From the human T2T-CHM13v2.0 reference genome, Homo sapiens, in assembly GCF_009914755.1 (NCBI RefSeq), contig NC_060932.1: a stretch of 64,000 nucleotides of DNA; one strand, 5' to 3'. The notes beneath the pieces are model-generated. The model was not told the origin of the DNA. It saw only the letters and a program-made list of their open reading frames with translations, and made no database searches. Below, piece after piece: positions 43,734 through 57,980 of the stretch (positions within the stretch are counted from its first letter, which is position 1; each line of letters opens with the position of its first letter). The translations under genes were made by a program, and so were the position numbers.

Positions 43734-46080
43734 TCTTCTTAATGTTGCCTAAGGACATTTGCTAAAATGCCTCAAACTACAACACTGTTAAGTTTTCAGC
43801 ATCTTCTCCATCTTCTATTTCCCCAACCCCAAACAAATAAATGACACCCACTGTCATTGACCCTCAGGGTTTTGAGAGGTAATGCCCGGTGCTGCTGGAT
43901 CTGAACAAACTCTAAGTAGAGTGGAGGAAGCAAAGGATTGGAATAGAAATTCAACTTAAGTGGGTCATAGACCTTGTGTTCAGGCATTGGGAGTTGGCAG
44001 CAGCCCATGGCCTGGGGCTTAAGGGCCTGGATAAGAACATGAAGCTCTTGAAAGGATTTAAGTAGCAGCCTGCAGAGGCAAATGTGATTTTCAGGCAGTA
44101 AAACAGTTGAAAATTCTTTTATTCCTGTCTTGCAGACATTAACTGGCAGCATAAGTATGGTAATATGTGCCATAAATGGGTAAATATGTAAATGCTACAG
44201 CCCTCTTTGCATATTCATCTCTGATATGCACCAAAAGGAGCTGTCTGTCATAATCAGCCATGTCAGAACAATAAGGGAGGAAAGCAGATGAATTAAATGA
44301 GGTAATGCTGCTAAGGGTGTGTGTTGGGTTTACGTTTTATATAATGTTTTTATTATAACTCAATACAGTCAACTCTAAAATTCTGACAAATGTTAGAGAG
44401 ACTAACAAAATCAGAATATAGGAATAAAAGTTAGGCGTGCCAAATAATTCAGACCTTCAAATGTTTTATGTTTTACTTACGAAGATCATTATGTCAAAAG
44501 TAATTTTATTTTTCCTTTGGTGGGTCTGGAGGCAAAGTAAGAATGATGGTGGTAGTTATTGAGTGAATGTGGGGTGGAGCGGGGGAGGATGGTTGAGTTT
44601 CAGTTCTCAGGATAATTGGATCAATTTGCTGCCTGAATTTGCTTATATTGTATTGAACACATACGACTTTTCCTGTTCATTTTTATAACCTTTTTACTGG
44701 CAATAGATGTGGTCCTGTTGGCAAAATTGTCCTCAGCCTGCTTTGCTGGTCTTTTAAAATTAAGCCACCTAGTCACAGTGCATTCCTGTATAGATGCAAT
44801 TTGTAGATTCTGGTAAATATTTAAATATTTGTTGTTCTAGCTCCTTTGAGGTAGGTGAGCAGTGATAATTTAGTTCGACTAGAGCCAGCTGCAGCAAAAC
44901 TAAGACTGATGGAGTTAGTCTTCAAGGCCTTTTCCTCCTCTGTTCTTCATTTCTTTGCTTCTCATCCTCTTTTCCAAGGCTAGCAGTCCCAGGAGACAGA
45001 GACCTTTTAGAACATCTCTTGAGCCCAGCAGATTGAGGCAACTGATCTAGTATTGCTTGCTTTGGAGAATTGTGTTATCTGACACTTATGTGACTCATGA
45101 AAACCTTAGCAGGAGAAATTAGAGACTCTGCCTAGTAGCTTAGTGTGCTTAGAGATTCACTACATAAAGCAGCTCACAACCTACCTCCCAGTTCAGGCAG
45201 AGTTTGAGGGCTAAGACTCAAAACATCTAAATTCCCTCCTAGCTCCACCACTCACTAGCTGGGGCTGGTGCATCAGCCTCTCCCAGCTTACTTAATTATC
45301 TGTAAAATCTGCTGAATTATCTTAATTCACCTGGCCCTGCCTCACAGGGTTGCATAAGGGAAGAAAAAAGTGGAAAATGCTGAAAAAAAAGTGTAAAGCA
45401 TTTTAGAGTGTCATATTAAATGTTTAGGTCTATCTCCAAATATAACAGATTTTTAAGATCCTTCTTGTAAGAATCCTGTAAAAAATGAGTTATATTGTCT
45501 CTGGACCCAAGAACGCATTTACTTTCTCTTTCCCAAACCACTAGAAAGAAATCTACAAATCGTATCAAGAGATTATATAAGCAGGTCAGAAGTTAAAGCC
45601 AGAATTGAAGTTTTGGTGAAGATGTAACTTTGAAAATTTTTGGTTATGAGTGTGAACGCTATCAATTCTGCCTTCTGCAATCACGTGCAGTGATAGGACA
45701 GTATTTCACTCTGGATAGAATTCCATGGCTCCCTAGTGGAAAGAGAGAGATCATTTAAATTACCAGTGGGATAAAGGATGTCTCATGTCTTATCCAGGAG
45801 AAATAAGGATGACCGGCCCAATCAGTTAAATAGTATTTGTCTCTACCTACAAATACTATTTGTACTTAAAATACTACCTATAAATAATATTTGTTTCTAC
45901 ATTGAATAGATAGTGACACTGAGTGGGGGAAGTTGGCTATGGAGTTAAAAACACCAAACCAAAATGACCTAAAATTTTACATCATCTGAATTTCAATAGG
46001 AAGTGTCGCAGTGTATTTACTAACAAGTCAGATTCTTTTCACTATTTAAATCACTACCTTGTATAAAATTACATGCATAG

Positions 46081-46398
<318 letters not shown>

Positions 46399-49314
46399 AG
46401 ATATACAACTTACATATACAAAAACATCATTTGGTACCTACACTAGTACCATAACCATCACCTTTAACTGGCAAGTCTCTGTGCTCTTTTTGCCTGAGAA
46501 AACTTTTAACAATCTATTCAATAAAATAAGGAGACGACAAATAATCCAATCACCTTACTTAATATTTCAGACAATGATATTTGCTGTGTCACTGGTTAAA
46601 TATCAAGATGATGACTTTTTTTGCATGAATTAAATGAAGTAATGCTATTTCTCTGTCACAGAGATAAAGCTTGTTTAATCTTATTTCAAAGTTGAAGACT
46701 TATCCATCTAACACTTTTGTTAATATATAATGCAGTTTGATGAACTACATTCACCAAAAACTCAAGGTTTTTTGGATAATTATACACTTCCAATATTGAA
46801 AATCTTCAACCTTGATGCATACAAAAATCCAATATGACAGAGAAAATCCAATATGTTTTCTCTACTTTTTGGGTTTTCAGGATAGCGGGCAGGGAGGGGG
46901 TGTTCTGGTCTAGGAGAAAACTGTGCTCAGTCCCGGGAAGGAGGGCAGCCTGATGTACAGCAGAAATGGAAGCTGGCTCAAGGTGGCCAACCAGACCTGG
47001 TGCTTAGAGGGCTGAATGCAAAACTGTGCTGGGGAAATAAGCTGGGGCCAGTGATGAATGTCCCTTACAAACCCAGCAGAGGAGTTTGACTCGATCTCCA
47101 AGAACATTTGGGAGAGCTCTGGTTTTGGCATCAAACACAACTGAGCACCCACCTCGGCACCCTGTGTTCCACCCAGGAGCCGTCAGATGGCTCAGTGACC
47201 TGCCCTGAGGTGCAGTTTCCTCAGGTATAGCCAAGGGCTCGGGGTTCCTGGGGAGGTTTAGCAAGGCAGGGAAGGTTATTATACACAGGCAGCTGGCACG
47301 GGGATTACCATTTTAAAAAATCACTCTGGTGGTGCAAATTCAAAGCAGGCTTCAATCTAATCCTGCTCTGAGGACTGGACAAAGTTGTCAAATCAAGAAT
47401 GTTTTCATTGGGTGGAGATAATATCACTCTGCTATGCTGCGAAGTACCATCATTAGATCACGGCTAGGAATCAAGCAAATCAAGCTCATCCGGGCCCCTC
47501 TGGTATTTTGAATTATCCTCAAAATAAGACGTAGCACCTGCACTTGAGAAGCTCAGGGTCTAATAGGGATGATGGAAAAATACATGGATGATTACAACAT
47601 AAGAGTGTAACAGAGTGAGGAACAGAGGCCCCAGGGAGCAAGGATATCCCAGGGAGCAAGGAGAAGAGCGAGCTCACTCCTCGATGGGAAAATGAAGGAA
47701 AATGTTTTGTTTGAGCATTTACCAGGTGGGCACAGGGAACAACAGCATCTGCACGTGCCACACTCGGGTGATGGAGACGATTTGATTTGATCAAGCAGGA
47801 TGTGCTGGAAGGACCAGAGGCTGAGGCAAAACTGCAGAGCTAGGCTGAGTGAATGAAGGGCTAGGTGAGGTCTGTGAACTGCTGGGCTTGGGTTTGTAGC
47901 CAGTGGGGAACCTAAGGAAACCTTTCAGGGGAAGAAGAACTCTGTGATATTGGATGATAATTAACACTGCAGAGGTGGGTGGATTCTATCCTTCTGATCT
48001 CCCAGACAACAGTTAGGTTTTTTGTGGTCAAAAATGCTAGGAGAGCCATATAATTATATAACACCTCCAGAAGCACATAAATATAGCTTTTTACAATTTT
48101 AAAAACATGTCATAGGAAAAAGCTTTATTGATATTTCTAAATTTTCCTTTCCTCCTCCTCCTGTCCCATCCAAAATAAAGTGTTTGGCTATAAATACAGA
48201 CACTGTCATATGCTCTTTATTGTTATTTATGTCCTCAAAATTTCATTTTCTTATAGTTAAATACAGGCTCATTTCAGTTCATTTTTATAGCAAACATAGA
48301 AGGTTGCAGTCAATCTGTGAATATAAACCATAAACCTAAATTATAATACAGATGTGCAAATAAGACTGCAGGTGATCCTCCAACTAAAGATAGCCAATGG
48401 TTTGGAAGAGGCGGCTGTTGTGAAAACAGAACATTTATTTAAAGCCCTCAGAAGCCAGTTTTATTCTCTGCTCATTGTCCATTTGGTTTGGAAGTAGCTT
48501 GGCAATGCCATAATTTTCACTTCTTTTGACAAATACTGCCTTTGCTTTGACACTGCCTCCTCACTCCCTCCTCACTTCACATTTTCCAGGCATTTCCTGC
48601 CAAGTCACATTTACCATTTTTTTTTTTTCATTTATAATTCTGGCCAGCCATCTCCTGGCTTTCCTTACAGTGAGTCTCTTTAAACACCATAACAGCTCTT
48701 CTGAACAACTTTCTCTTTGAACTGCATAAGAGTAACTCGGAGACTGGAGTCCTGGAAACCAAATGATAGGCTGAATATAACTTATGTCCTCAATCAAACT
48801 GGCAGCTTGGTACCAACTGTTACTGATCTGGCTTGATATGAAATGTATGACATTTGGATCAGTCCTCAAAGTTCCCACCACCTATTTTTTCATCAATATA
48901 TGTTTAGAAATTTCTACTGAAGACGAAAAATTTAGAAAAACATTGTTTTGTGACTTGCTTGAGCTACATAAAGATTTCCCAGGATCTAAATTGCTTCTGA
49001 GTGTTGGTTGCTTTAGGGAGGTGAAGTAATGATAGCCTCAGCATTAAATTAGGAATCTGGAAAAAAAAAAAATGAAGGTGCCCCGATAAGCCTCTAATTT
49101 ACTATAAAGAGTAGGAACTTGGGACCCAGGAGGACTATCAGTCATTGTCAATGATTGATTTATGATATTACTACTTTAAAAAATGATAAATGCCAGACTA
49201 CGGATAGAATCTAGTAGGTGCTGAACTGTTCAGGATGTGTTCTAGTTGGAGTGCTTTTGGCTGAAGCTGCATGAGCTTTAGGAAAGCCAGCCCAGGTCAG
49301 GGTGTGTGCTCTGA

Positions 49315-49920
<606 letters not shown>

Positions 49921-50559
49921 TAGGAAAATACCAATGTGTGTTGAATATGAAGAAATAAAATCCAGTAGCACAAGCCTTACATCATTTTATTTTCACTTGT
50001 GGTTGGTATATTGTTATGCAGACTGCTGCAAAATGAATCTTCAGTTGAGGTGAGATTTGGGCCCATGTCCTCTGCCACTTTATCTTGTGGGGGTTGTCCT
50101 GTAGATGCTGGCACCAGCTCTCCCAAGTGAAATCTCAGCACTTCTCCTCCCTGCTCTGTTACTTGGGCAACTTCCTTAATCTTTCTTTCCCTTGATTTCT
50201 TTATATGTAAAAGAAGAGTAACCAAAGAATCTCCTTTATAGGGATGTATGACAAGCAAGTTAATATATATGAAATACTTATTCCAGGCAGGTTGTGAGCG
50301 CTATAGAAAGATTTGCAATTATTGCGAGTATTAATAAATAGTAGTCAATGAAATCTTCCTGGAGGAGAAAGGGCCTATTCAGCGTGGCATGTGTGTTTCC
50401 TTGCTAGTTCTATCAGTCTTCCGTGCCTGCTATACCTTCTCTGCATCCCCAGCCCCCTCATTTCTGCTTCCTCCCTGCCAGTTTCAGCCTCAGAGGTAAA
50501 TCCCCTCAGGGCTGGTAAAGATCCTCTCTGATGTCACAACGCACACACACACACACCAC

Positions 50560-50897
50560 GTCTTAGTCAGCTCAGGCTGCTGTAATAAGATATCACGGAC
50601 TACGAGTGGCTTAAAAGCAATTTTTTCCTCACAGTTCTGAAGGCTGGGAAAACTAAGATAAAGGTGCCAGTCAATTCAGTTCCTAGGGAGGGCCCTCTTT
50701 CAGGTTTGCAGAGCTGTGTCCTCATGTGGCAGAGAGGTCATCTCTGTCATCTCTTCTTATAAGGGCATTAATCCCATGATGGGGGCTCTGTCCTCATCAT
50801 CTAATCACCTCTCAAATGCTCTGTCTCCAAGCATCCTCACATTGGGGATTAGGGCTTCAACAAATGAATTTGGGGAGACACAAACATTCGCCCCATA
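50560..50897 (-). mobile_element. MLT1A/MST-type MaLR solo LTR
   Basis: gtcttagtcagctcaggctgc...cttataagggcattaatccca...gagacacaaacattc. Confidence 0.88.
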
Positions 50898-53733
50898 GCC
50901 TACTCTCTTTCTCTTACACACACAGAACACATTTTTATTCTGCAACTTTCTTTTTCCCTAAACAATATAAACTGATATTTTATTGTTTTAATAGATATAG
51001 ACCTGTCTCATTCTTTTCAAAGACTATGCAGCCTTCCTTAACATAACCAAAATTTATTTTTTGCCAGTCCCTCACTGATGAGCATTTTGATATTTTCCTT
51101 AATTTTTATTTTTAAAATCATACATACAACAACCTTGTATGTATGATTCTACAGAGTAAATCTGTAGAATGAATTTCTGAAAGTGGAAAAATTGCCAAAG
51201 AGTAGGGATATTTATAATATTGACATTTATAAATTGTCCTCCAAAAATTACCTTCTATGTTATTTAGAATACTATAAATCCCATGCAAATATTGACTCAA
51301 TCCCAAACAAATATTGATTCATTTAATTCTCAAACCATCATAGGATATACATACTATTATTACTCTCTCCAAACCAAGGCGCAGAACTGGTTAGCTGGCT
51401 GTCCAAAGCCAAACAGCTGAAAATTGAAGACAGGAGGTTAAAATTTAAGCCGTTAGGAACGAGGGTCCCTGTTCCTCCCTCTCACACCACACATAGAGTT
51501 GCTGATTGAGGCCAAAGGCATCAGTCAGGCTTATCTGTGCCCATCTGTTTATTGGCCATCTACATAATTTTTTCCTGTGATCAATCTTTGCCCATTTTTC
51601 TGAGGGTTAGGTTTTCTCACATTTATTTGTAAGAGATCTTTGTTAATAAAATTAGCCTTTGTCATGTGTGATGTAGTTGTTTTTCCTTGTTTTTTTTTTT
51701 AACTTTGTTTTCAATTTGTTTTCTCATAAATATTTTAAAATTTTTGTAGTCAAATTTGTCTAACTTTTTTATGGTTTCTAAGTTTCATGGAATGCTTAGA
51801 AATTATACTTATTGGTATTATATTTTAAAATATATTTACATCCTCTAAGATGGTTATGACTTTTAACAATATTTACATCTTTGTACCATTTGGAATTTAT
51901 CTTGCTATGAGGTATAAGTATTTCAACTTTAATTTATTCTAATTGAGTAGACAGTTGATCCATAGTTTACCTGCTTATTTGAAGTTTCAATATTATAATA
52001 TAAGTTTCCATATGTTCTTGGCCTTCTTTCCAGCCTTGTTTTGGCCCCATACATTATATTTCTGCATCAGTTCTGAATTTCTTTAATTGTATAGCTTTGA
52101 ATTGTCCCCCTATTATTTATTTGGGCTGATCTACTTTATTACTTTTGTTTTTCAAAATTCTCTGGCTATGCAAGTTTAGTCTTTTGTTTGAGTTTACCTT
52201 TTAACAGTGTAACTTGGATCCCATAAAGTTAGTAAACTAAGGAAAATTGACAGATTTGCAAAGTCAGTCAAATTAGCCTTTGAGAGAGAAAGGAAAATGA
52301 TTGGAAGAAAAGTCCAGTGTGACACTGTAGGATGATGACTTAATGAGAAGTGTGGGGTAAAATTAGGCCACCCAGCTGAGGGAGCATGACATAATAGTTA
52401 ATGCTACTATGCCCATTGCAGATATTAAATAATTAGAAACATAAAATTTTAGAGCTGGGTGCCACAATAGATATAATCTAATCTAATTTGCTTATTTTAC
52501 AAATGCAAAAACTGAGGCTTGGAGAGTTTAAGGCATGTGCAAGTTTACAGAGTTAATAAGTAATAAAATCAGGATTAAATACTGATTCTCAGTCCAGATA
52601 GAGGAGTCACCTGTGATCTGATCACAGAATCTTGAATATGAGAATAAGAAAAAAATTATTAACTTAGCTGCTGTTAACTGATAGACTGACATATACACTG
52701 GAGTTATGTGTAGATCAGGACACCCAGGAATGCTATGCGCTATTGGGAAGATGTGAAGCCAGGCAAGGCAGCAACATTGGTGGGAGAGGCACCGTAACGT
52801 GGGGAAGGCACAATAGTGTGGGCAACCATGCCAACACTGGGAGAGAACAGGACCGCTGGCCATCGGCTGGGAATCAGAAGAGTTGTGTGCATTTCCCTTG
52901 GAAATCAGACTTGGAAGATCTCAGCAGGAAATGTGTGTTTCCCTCAAGAGTGGATTAACCATTTTCAGTTTAAACTGGGTAAGAAAATAACAAGATATTG
53001 ATGTGTAGAGTGATGCTTATCTCTGCTTTCAAACGTCACTCAGAAAGAAAATGTTGCAGGTCCTAAGTATGAGTTGTGCTTTTAATATGTAAATTAAATG
53101 AGTTCTTTGACAAAAAATAAATAAAATTTATGTATTCTCAAAAATCCAAATTCAGTAAAGAAATGCAATATCCCCAATGATTGTGGCAGATGGATTAAAA
53201 AAACAAAATTTCCTAAAATGCGTATTTACCTTACAGTTGGTGCTAGTGTCTTGAAATGATCATTCAGTTCAAAAAAATTAATAAATATTCTTTTATAAAC
53301 AAATTCTGTATGAAGTTCCCTCTTTAACCTCAGAGTAGACAATAGGATGTTATTCAGAGCATTCACTTTGAGTTTTGGCCAGCTCCTTGTAGTTCTTGTG
53401 AAGACTTTACGAAGACAGTTGTGATGCTAATACCCTCCCCAGGGCTCTACTCTAGACCCTTCTGAATATTCCATTTAGCCAATCATACCAGCCATCTCTG
53501 ATATTCTTTATGCAGTTGAATTGGATGAGTTCCAAAAAAGATTTTAATAAAAGAAAATCATCAACCTTGAAAAAATTCTGCACTGGAAACTACTGCAACC
53601 CTGATCTTTTCCATACAGAGGAGTGGCTCTCATTCTTGTTTCCAGAAGTTATGGCGGGATCAGGAGCCCAGTCTTACTTGCTTATTAGTGTGAGCCAAAA
53701 CATTCCACAGTTGTCACTCAGATGAGCTGGTGC

Positions 53734-54468
53734 TGTTAGCAGTGGTGAATCTGAGCAGATCTGCACAACTTGATTCTTGCCTCCTTGAAGAAAAGAATTT
53801 GTCCAAGGGACATAAGGCAGAGTGAGAGACAGGGGCAGGTTTTAGAGCAGCAGTGAAAGTTTATTAAAAAGTTTTAGAGCAGGAACGAAAGGAAGTAAAG
53901 TACACTTGAAAGAGGGCCAAGTGGGTGATTTGAGAGATTCAAGTGCCCTGTTTGACCTTTGAGTTGGGCTTTCATACATTGGCATGCTTCTGGGGTTTTG
54001 TATCTCTCCTCCCTCGATTTTTCCTTGGGGTGGGCCATCCACATGAGCAGTGGCCTGCCAGCACTTGGGAGTGGTTGCATGCGTATTATGCATGTGTTGC
54101 ATGTGTATTATGTTTACCGAAGTTGTGCACATGCTCACTTGAGGCATTTTTCCCTTGCCAGTTGAATGTTCCTAGAGAAAGCTCATAGAGCAGTTAAATT
54201 CCACCATTTTGCCTTTTAGTGTGCATGCCTGAGCCCACTTGTCCAACTCCTGAGATCTTATCAGGAAGCTGTTGATTACCACTGGCTCTAGGTGTTTTCT
54301 ATCTATTGGGAGATGGCCTTTCCCTGGCAGCAGCTGTGACCAATTATTATTTTAGCGAGACAGCTTAACAACCACTTGACCATCAGCTGATGGTATCCTG
54401 ACGTTCCTAATGAGGGGGATGGGGGCTCTCCTGCCCTGCTCACATCTGCAGAGCTACCCACTATAACA
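53734..54468 (-). mobile_element. MER50 ERV1 solo LTR
   Basis: Minus strand starts TGTTATAGTGGGTAG...GAGCAGGGCAGGAGAG; TG...CA ends; 4-bp TSD gtgc. Confidence 0.88.
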
Positions 54469-55454
54469 GTGCCATTGCCAGAAAGGCACCATCACACACA
54501 GCAACCTGGTTGCTGAAGAACTAGGATTAAAAAAAGGTAATTTTCTTGGGATCAGTTTTTGGCCTGCCTGAATTCTGTTATTATAACTAAATACAATGTC
54601 AAAGCATGGTAACTTTCCTCCTCCTCAAACCTGGAAGTGTGGGATGTGTGTGGATAGTGTAGGGTAAGTTTAGCCCAGATACCATGGGAGGAAAAAGGAA
54701 GAAGGGATATGGGGAGAACACTAACTTCTTAATGAACATAAGTACATAAAATAATAAAGTCCAGGAAATCCAGGATTGTATATATACAAAATTGAATTTT
54801 ATATATATATATATAGTGTATTATTATATATGTATGTGTATACACATATACACACTTATATTTGCATATATACATGTACTACAGGCACATGTGTGTATAT
54901 ATAGTCAAACACACATACTGTCACACACATATATATTTGAAAGACTTGGTAATTTTAAAAGTTTTTTACTTGTTACTTTCGTAACATCTTACAGATGTAT
55001 GGCGGGGGCAAGTTGAGGAAGAAAGGGTACTGTATTTGTGAAAATTGATAAATCATTCTACCATTAGCAACCCTTTTGCAAAATTTTTTTAAAAAATGGT
55101 TTCCTAACAGCAGAATAAGTCAGATCTCTAAGACTAAAAGAAGGGAAACTTGGAAAGTGAAGAAGCAGGAAAGGAATCCAGACCAGCAGGGGTTGTTGCA
55201 CACACCTGGGAATGGGAGGCTTTGGTTAATGCTGACATCTGAGCTGGTTTCATTGCCCTTTTGCCATTGTGAGCCTGACTTGGTTCATGAAAATGAAAAC
55301 CACAAAACATCCAAACATTAGACTTATTATTACGTCAAACTAAAATAACTTTAGTGTTTTATTTCTTGTTCTTTGTTTTAAATCATTTTCGACCCCATAT
55401 GGATTTTTCCTAAAATGCAGCTTGTTGACTGTATTGCCAGCATTTCTTCCACAG

Positions 55455-55510
55455 AAGAGCTGCATTGCTCTCATTAAGCCAGAACAACCATAGGAGTCTG
55501 CCATTCCTAG
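55455..55510 (+). other. Candidate plus-strand internal exon, 56 nt
   Basis: catttcttccacag|AAGAG...CCTAG|gtgagt. Confidence 0.45.
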
Positions 55511-56919
55511 GTGAGTTCATCAGGTGAAACAAGAATCCATGGGAAACGAGTGGTTTGTAGCAGTGTCTTTGGTATGTGAGAGCCTCAGCCTGGTTAATAT
55601 TTGTTCAGAACTTACACCTTCGTTAAATTAATTCGAGTTGGTATGAATTCAATATGTGGAATTAAAACCAGGTGGAAATTAGAGACACTTGAGTCTCCTC
55701 TATAATCCCTTAAACTCTAATTTATTTCCTGAAACAATGTTAAGGGTTTTTCACATGCTTTTCTGATACTAAAGGAAGTTTCAGCTTATTAGGGAAAACA
55801 TATAGGGGATCTGGAATGTGGCATTGGCCCCATAGACCTGCCTGTGTTGAGAGTCCAGCAGGGCTTTGAAGACCTTCTTGCCTCTTGAGGTGTCACCACT
55901 TTCAACATGACAGATGCTGTCCTTAGAGCAGGTGTACTGCCACAAGTTGCTTGGCAAACATTGTTCCCTTGTGGCAAGTTCTTATATATGAGGTAATATT
56001 ACATACATATATATGTGTGTATATATATGTTTCTTTCTTATGAAATCTCAGAGTAAAATAAAAAAGATTCTTTGGACTTAATTCAGTTAGCATTGTAAAA
56101 TAATTATATTACAGGATATCATCTCATTTTGGGGTATTTCTATGTAACCTCAGAAAATAAATAAAAATCTGCAGCAAAAATGTGTCATACTAGAAATACA
56201 ACCTGGGGGAAAATGGCACTTATAGAAAAATGGCACTTATAGAATGCCCACTGAGTTTCAAGGCATTTCTACACACTATCCTATCTATTCTCTACCTGGG
56301 CCTGTGAGGTCAGTCTATTATTCCCATTTTTCAGATGAGAAAATTAAGGCTCAGAAGAATAAACTTGCTTGCTCAACTCCACCCTATGGCTCAATGGCAG
56401 ACCTGTGATTTCAACTCACACCTGACTCATTCCAAAGCCTATATTCTCTGTTTTCTTTAAGCGTATTTCATTATCAAGTATGCAAATTTTGAACATTCAC
56501 ATCTCCAACACACATCTTTTCTTTGATGTGACTAGCATAGATTTGCTCTCACTGAAATGTTACAGAGAAGGGGTGGTTTCTCCTATTAAATTAAAGATCT
56601 TTAGTTTCCTGATACCTAGAGAAGTTCAAAGGTTTCTAAGTTCAGAGCCATTACTAATAAGGGCATCTTTGGATTAAATGAGTGAAAGGTTTTCATAGAG
56701 AAATCATATTAAAAAGTTCTTTATTTCCCAATGCCTTAGTATATGGGAGTTTAATATTGGAACAGTCTCTCATTAGTCATAGTCTCTGCCCCAGGACCAT
56801 TACTGGGGTGGGCAAAGGGTAGATGGGGGAGAGGTACAGACCATCAGGAAGAAGCCATAAAGGGTTTTCTGTTTTGTTTTGTCTTGCTATGGAGTGAAGT
56901 TTATTTTTATTTTCCTTAG

Positions 56920-56961
56920 GAAGGGTTCAGTTCTACCCTCAAGTTCAGCACCTTACACTCT
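56920..56961 (+). other. Candidate plus-strand internal exon, 42 nt
   Basis: tttttattttccttag|GAAGG...ACTCT|gtgagt. Confidence 0.4.
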
Positions 56962-57004
56962 GTGAGTCTCACAGAGAAGATACCAGATTAAATAGAAAAA
57001 TCAC

Positions 57005-57250
57005 CCAATCTTTAGAGATGAAAAGTAGAATAGTGGTTGCCAGAAACTTGGGATGAAGAGGTAATGGAGGGGTAGGGGGTAAGAGGTAGAGAGAGTCAGT
57101 TTGGGAAGATGACCAGTTCTGGAGCTGGAGGGTGGAGATGGCTGTACACGATGTGAATGTACTTACTGACTGAACTATGTACTTAAAAATGGTTAAGATG
57201 GTAAATTTTATCTCATGTATTTTGCCACAATTAAAAATAAATAAATAAAA
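57005..57250 (+). mobile_element. L1MB 3' end, 5'-truncated, with A tail
   Basis: aaagtagaatagtggttgccag...acttaaaaatggttaagatggtaaatttta; approximate TSD aaaaatcac. Confidence 0.85.
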
Positions 57251-57744
57251 ATCACATATCCTGATCCCCATTGGCTGCAAACTTTGAATGTACCTGATTC
57301 TGAAATCTAAAACCTATCTGTGATCGTGTGAGGCATGTGGCTACTACATCCATCGACTTCCTAAATGGACAAGCTGCAGTGCTCTGTGGAAGAGAACTAG
57401 ATCTCAGTGATTTTCTGCCAGTTCATTGCTGATCTTTTTCCTCGAACAACTGTGAATATTTCCTGTATTATCTATAATACTCTGAAATTATATCTGGCAT
57501 TCACAAATATTATCTTTTTTTTTTTTTTTTGTATTTTGATTCCACGCAGCAGCATGGTATATCAGAAAGGACTCTGGAAGGGGACTGTAGTCTGAACTCC
57601 GGGGCTTTCGCACCATTCACCTTGGGCATGACTCACACCTATCCAGGCCTCTGTAGTAACCTGGATCTGCTTATCCTTGAGCACAACCTGAACCTCTCCC
57701 ACCTGGGGACCTCTCAGAGAGACCATGCCACAGAGTGATTCCAA

Positions 57745-57980
57745 CATAAACTCCGGAGCCAGCCCAACCGGGTCTCAATCTCCGCTCCAGCAGCTATAAG
57801 CTGTAGGATCTTGGAGAAATTACATATCATCTCTGTGCTTCATTTTGCTCATCTGTAAATCGGCTAGTAGTAATAGCAGCTGCCTTAGAAGTCTGTTAGG
57901 AGCTTTAAATGGGTTAACATTTGTTAATCCTTGGAGAAGTGCCTGGCGCACAGCAAGTGCTCCCTGAATGTTTGTTAATA
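57745..57980 (+). mobile_element. MIR (other MIR and L2 fragments are scattered through the window and not listed individually)
   Basis: ctctgtgcttcattttgctcatctgtaaa...agtgcctggcgcacagcaagtgctc. Confidence 0.8.
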
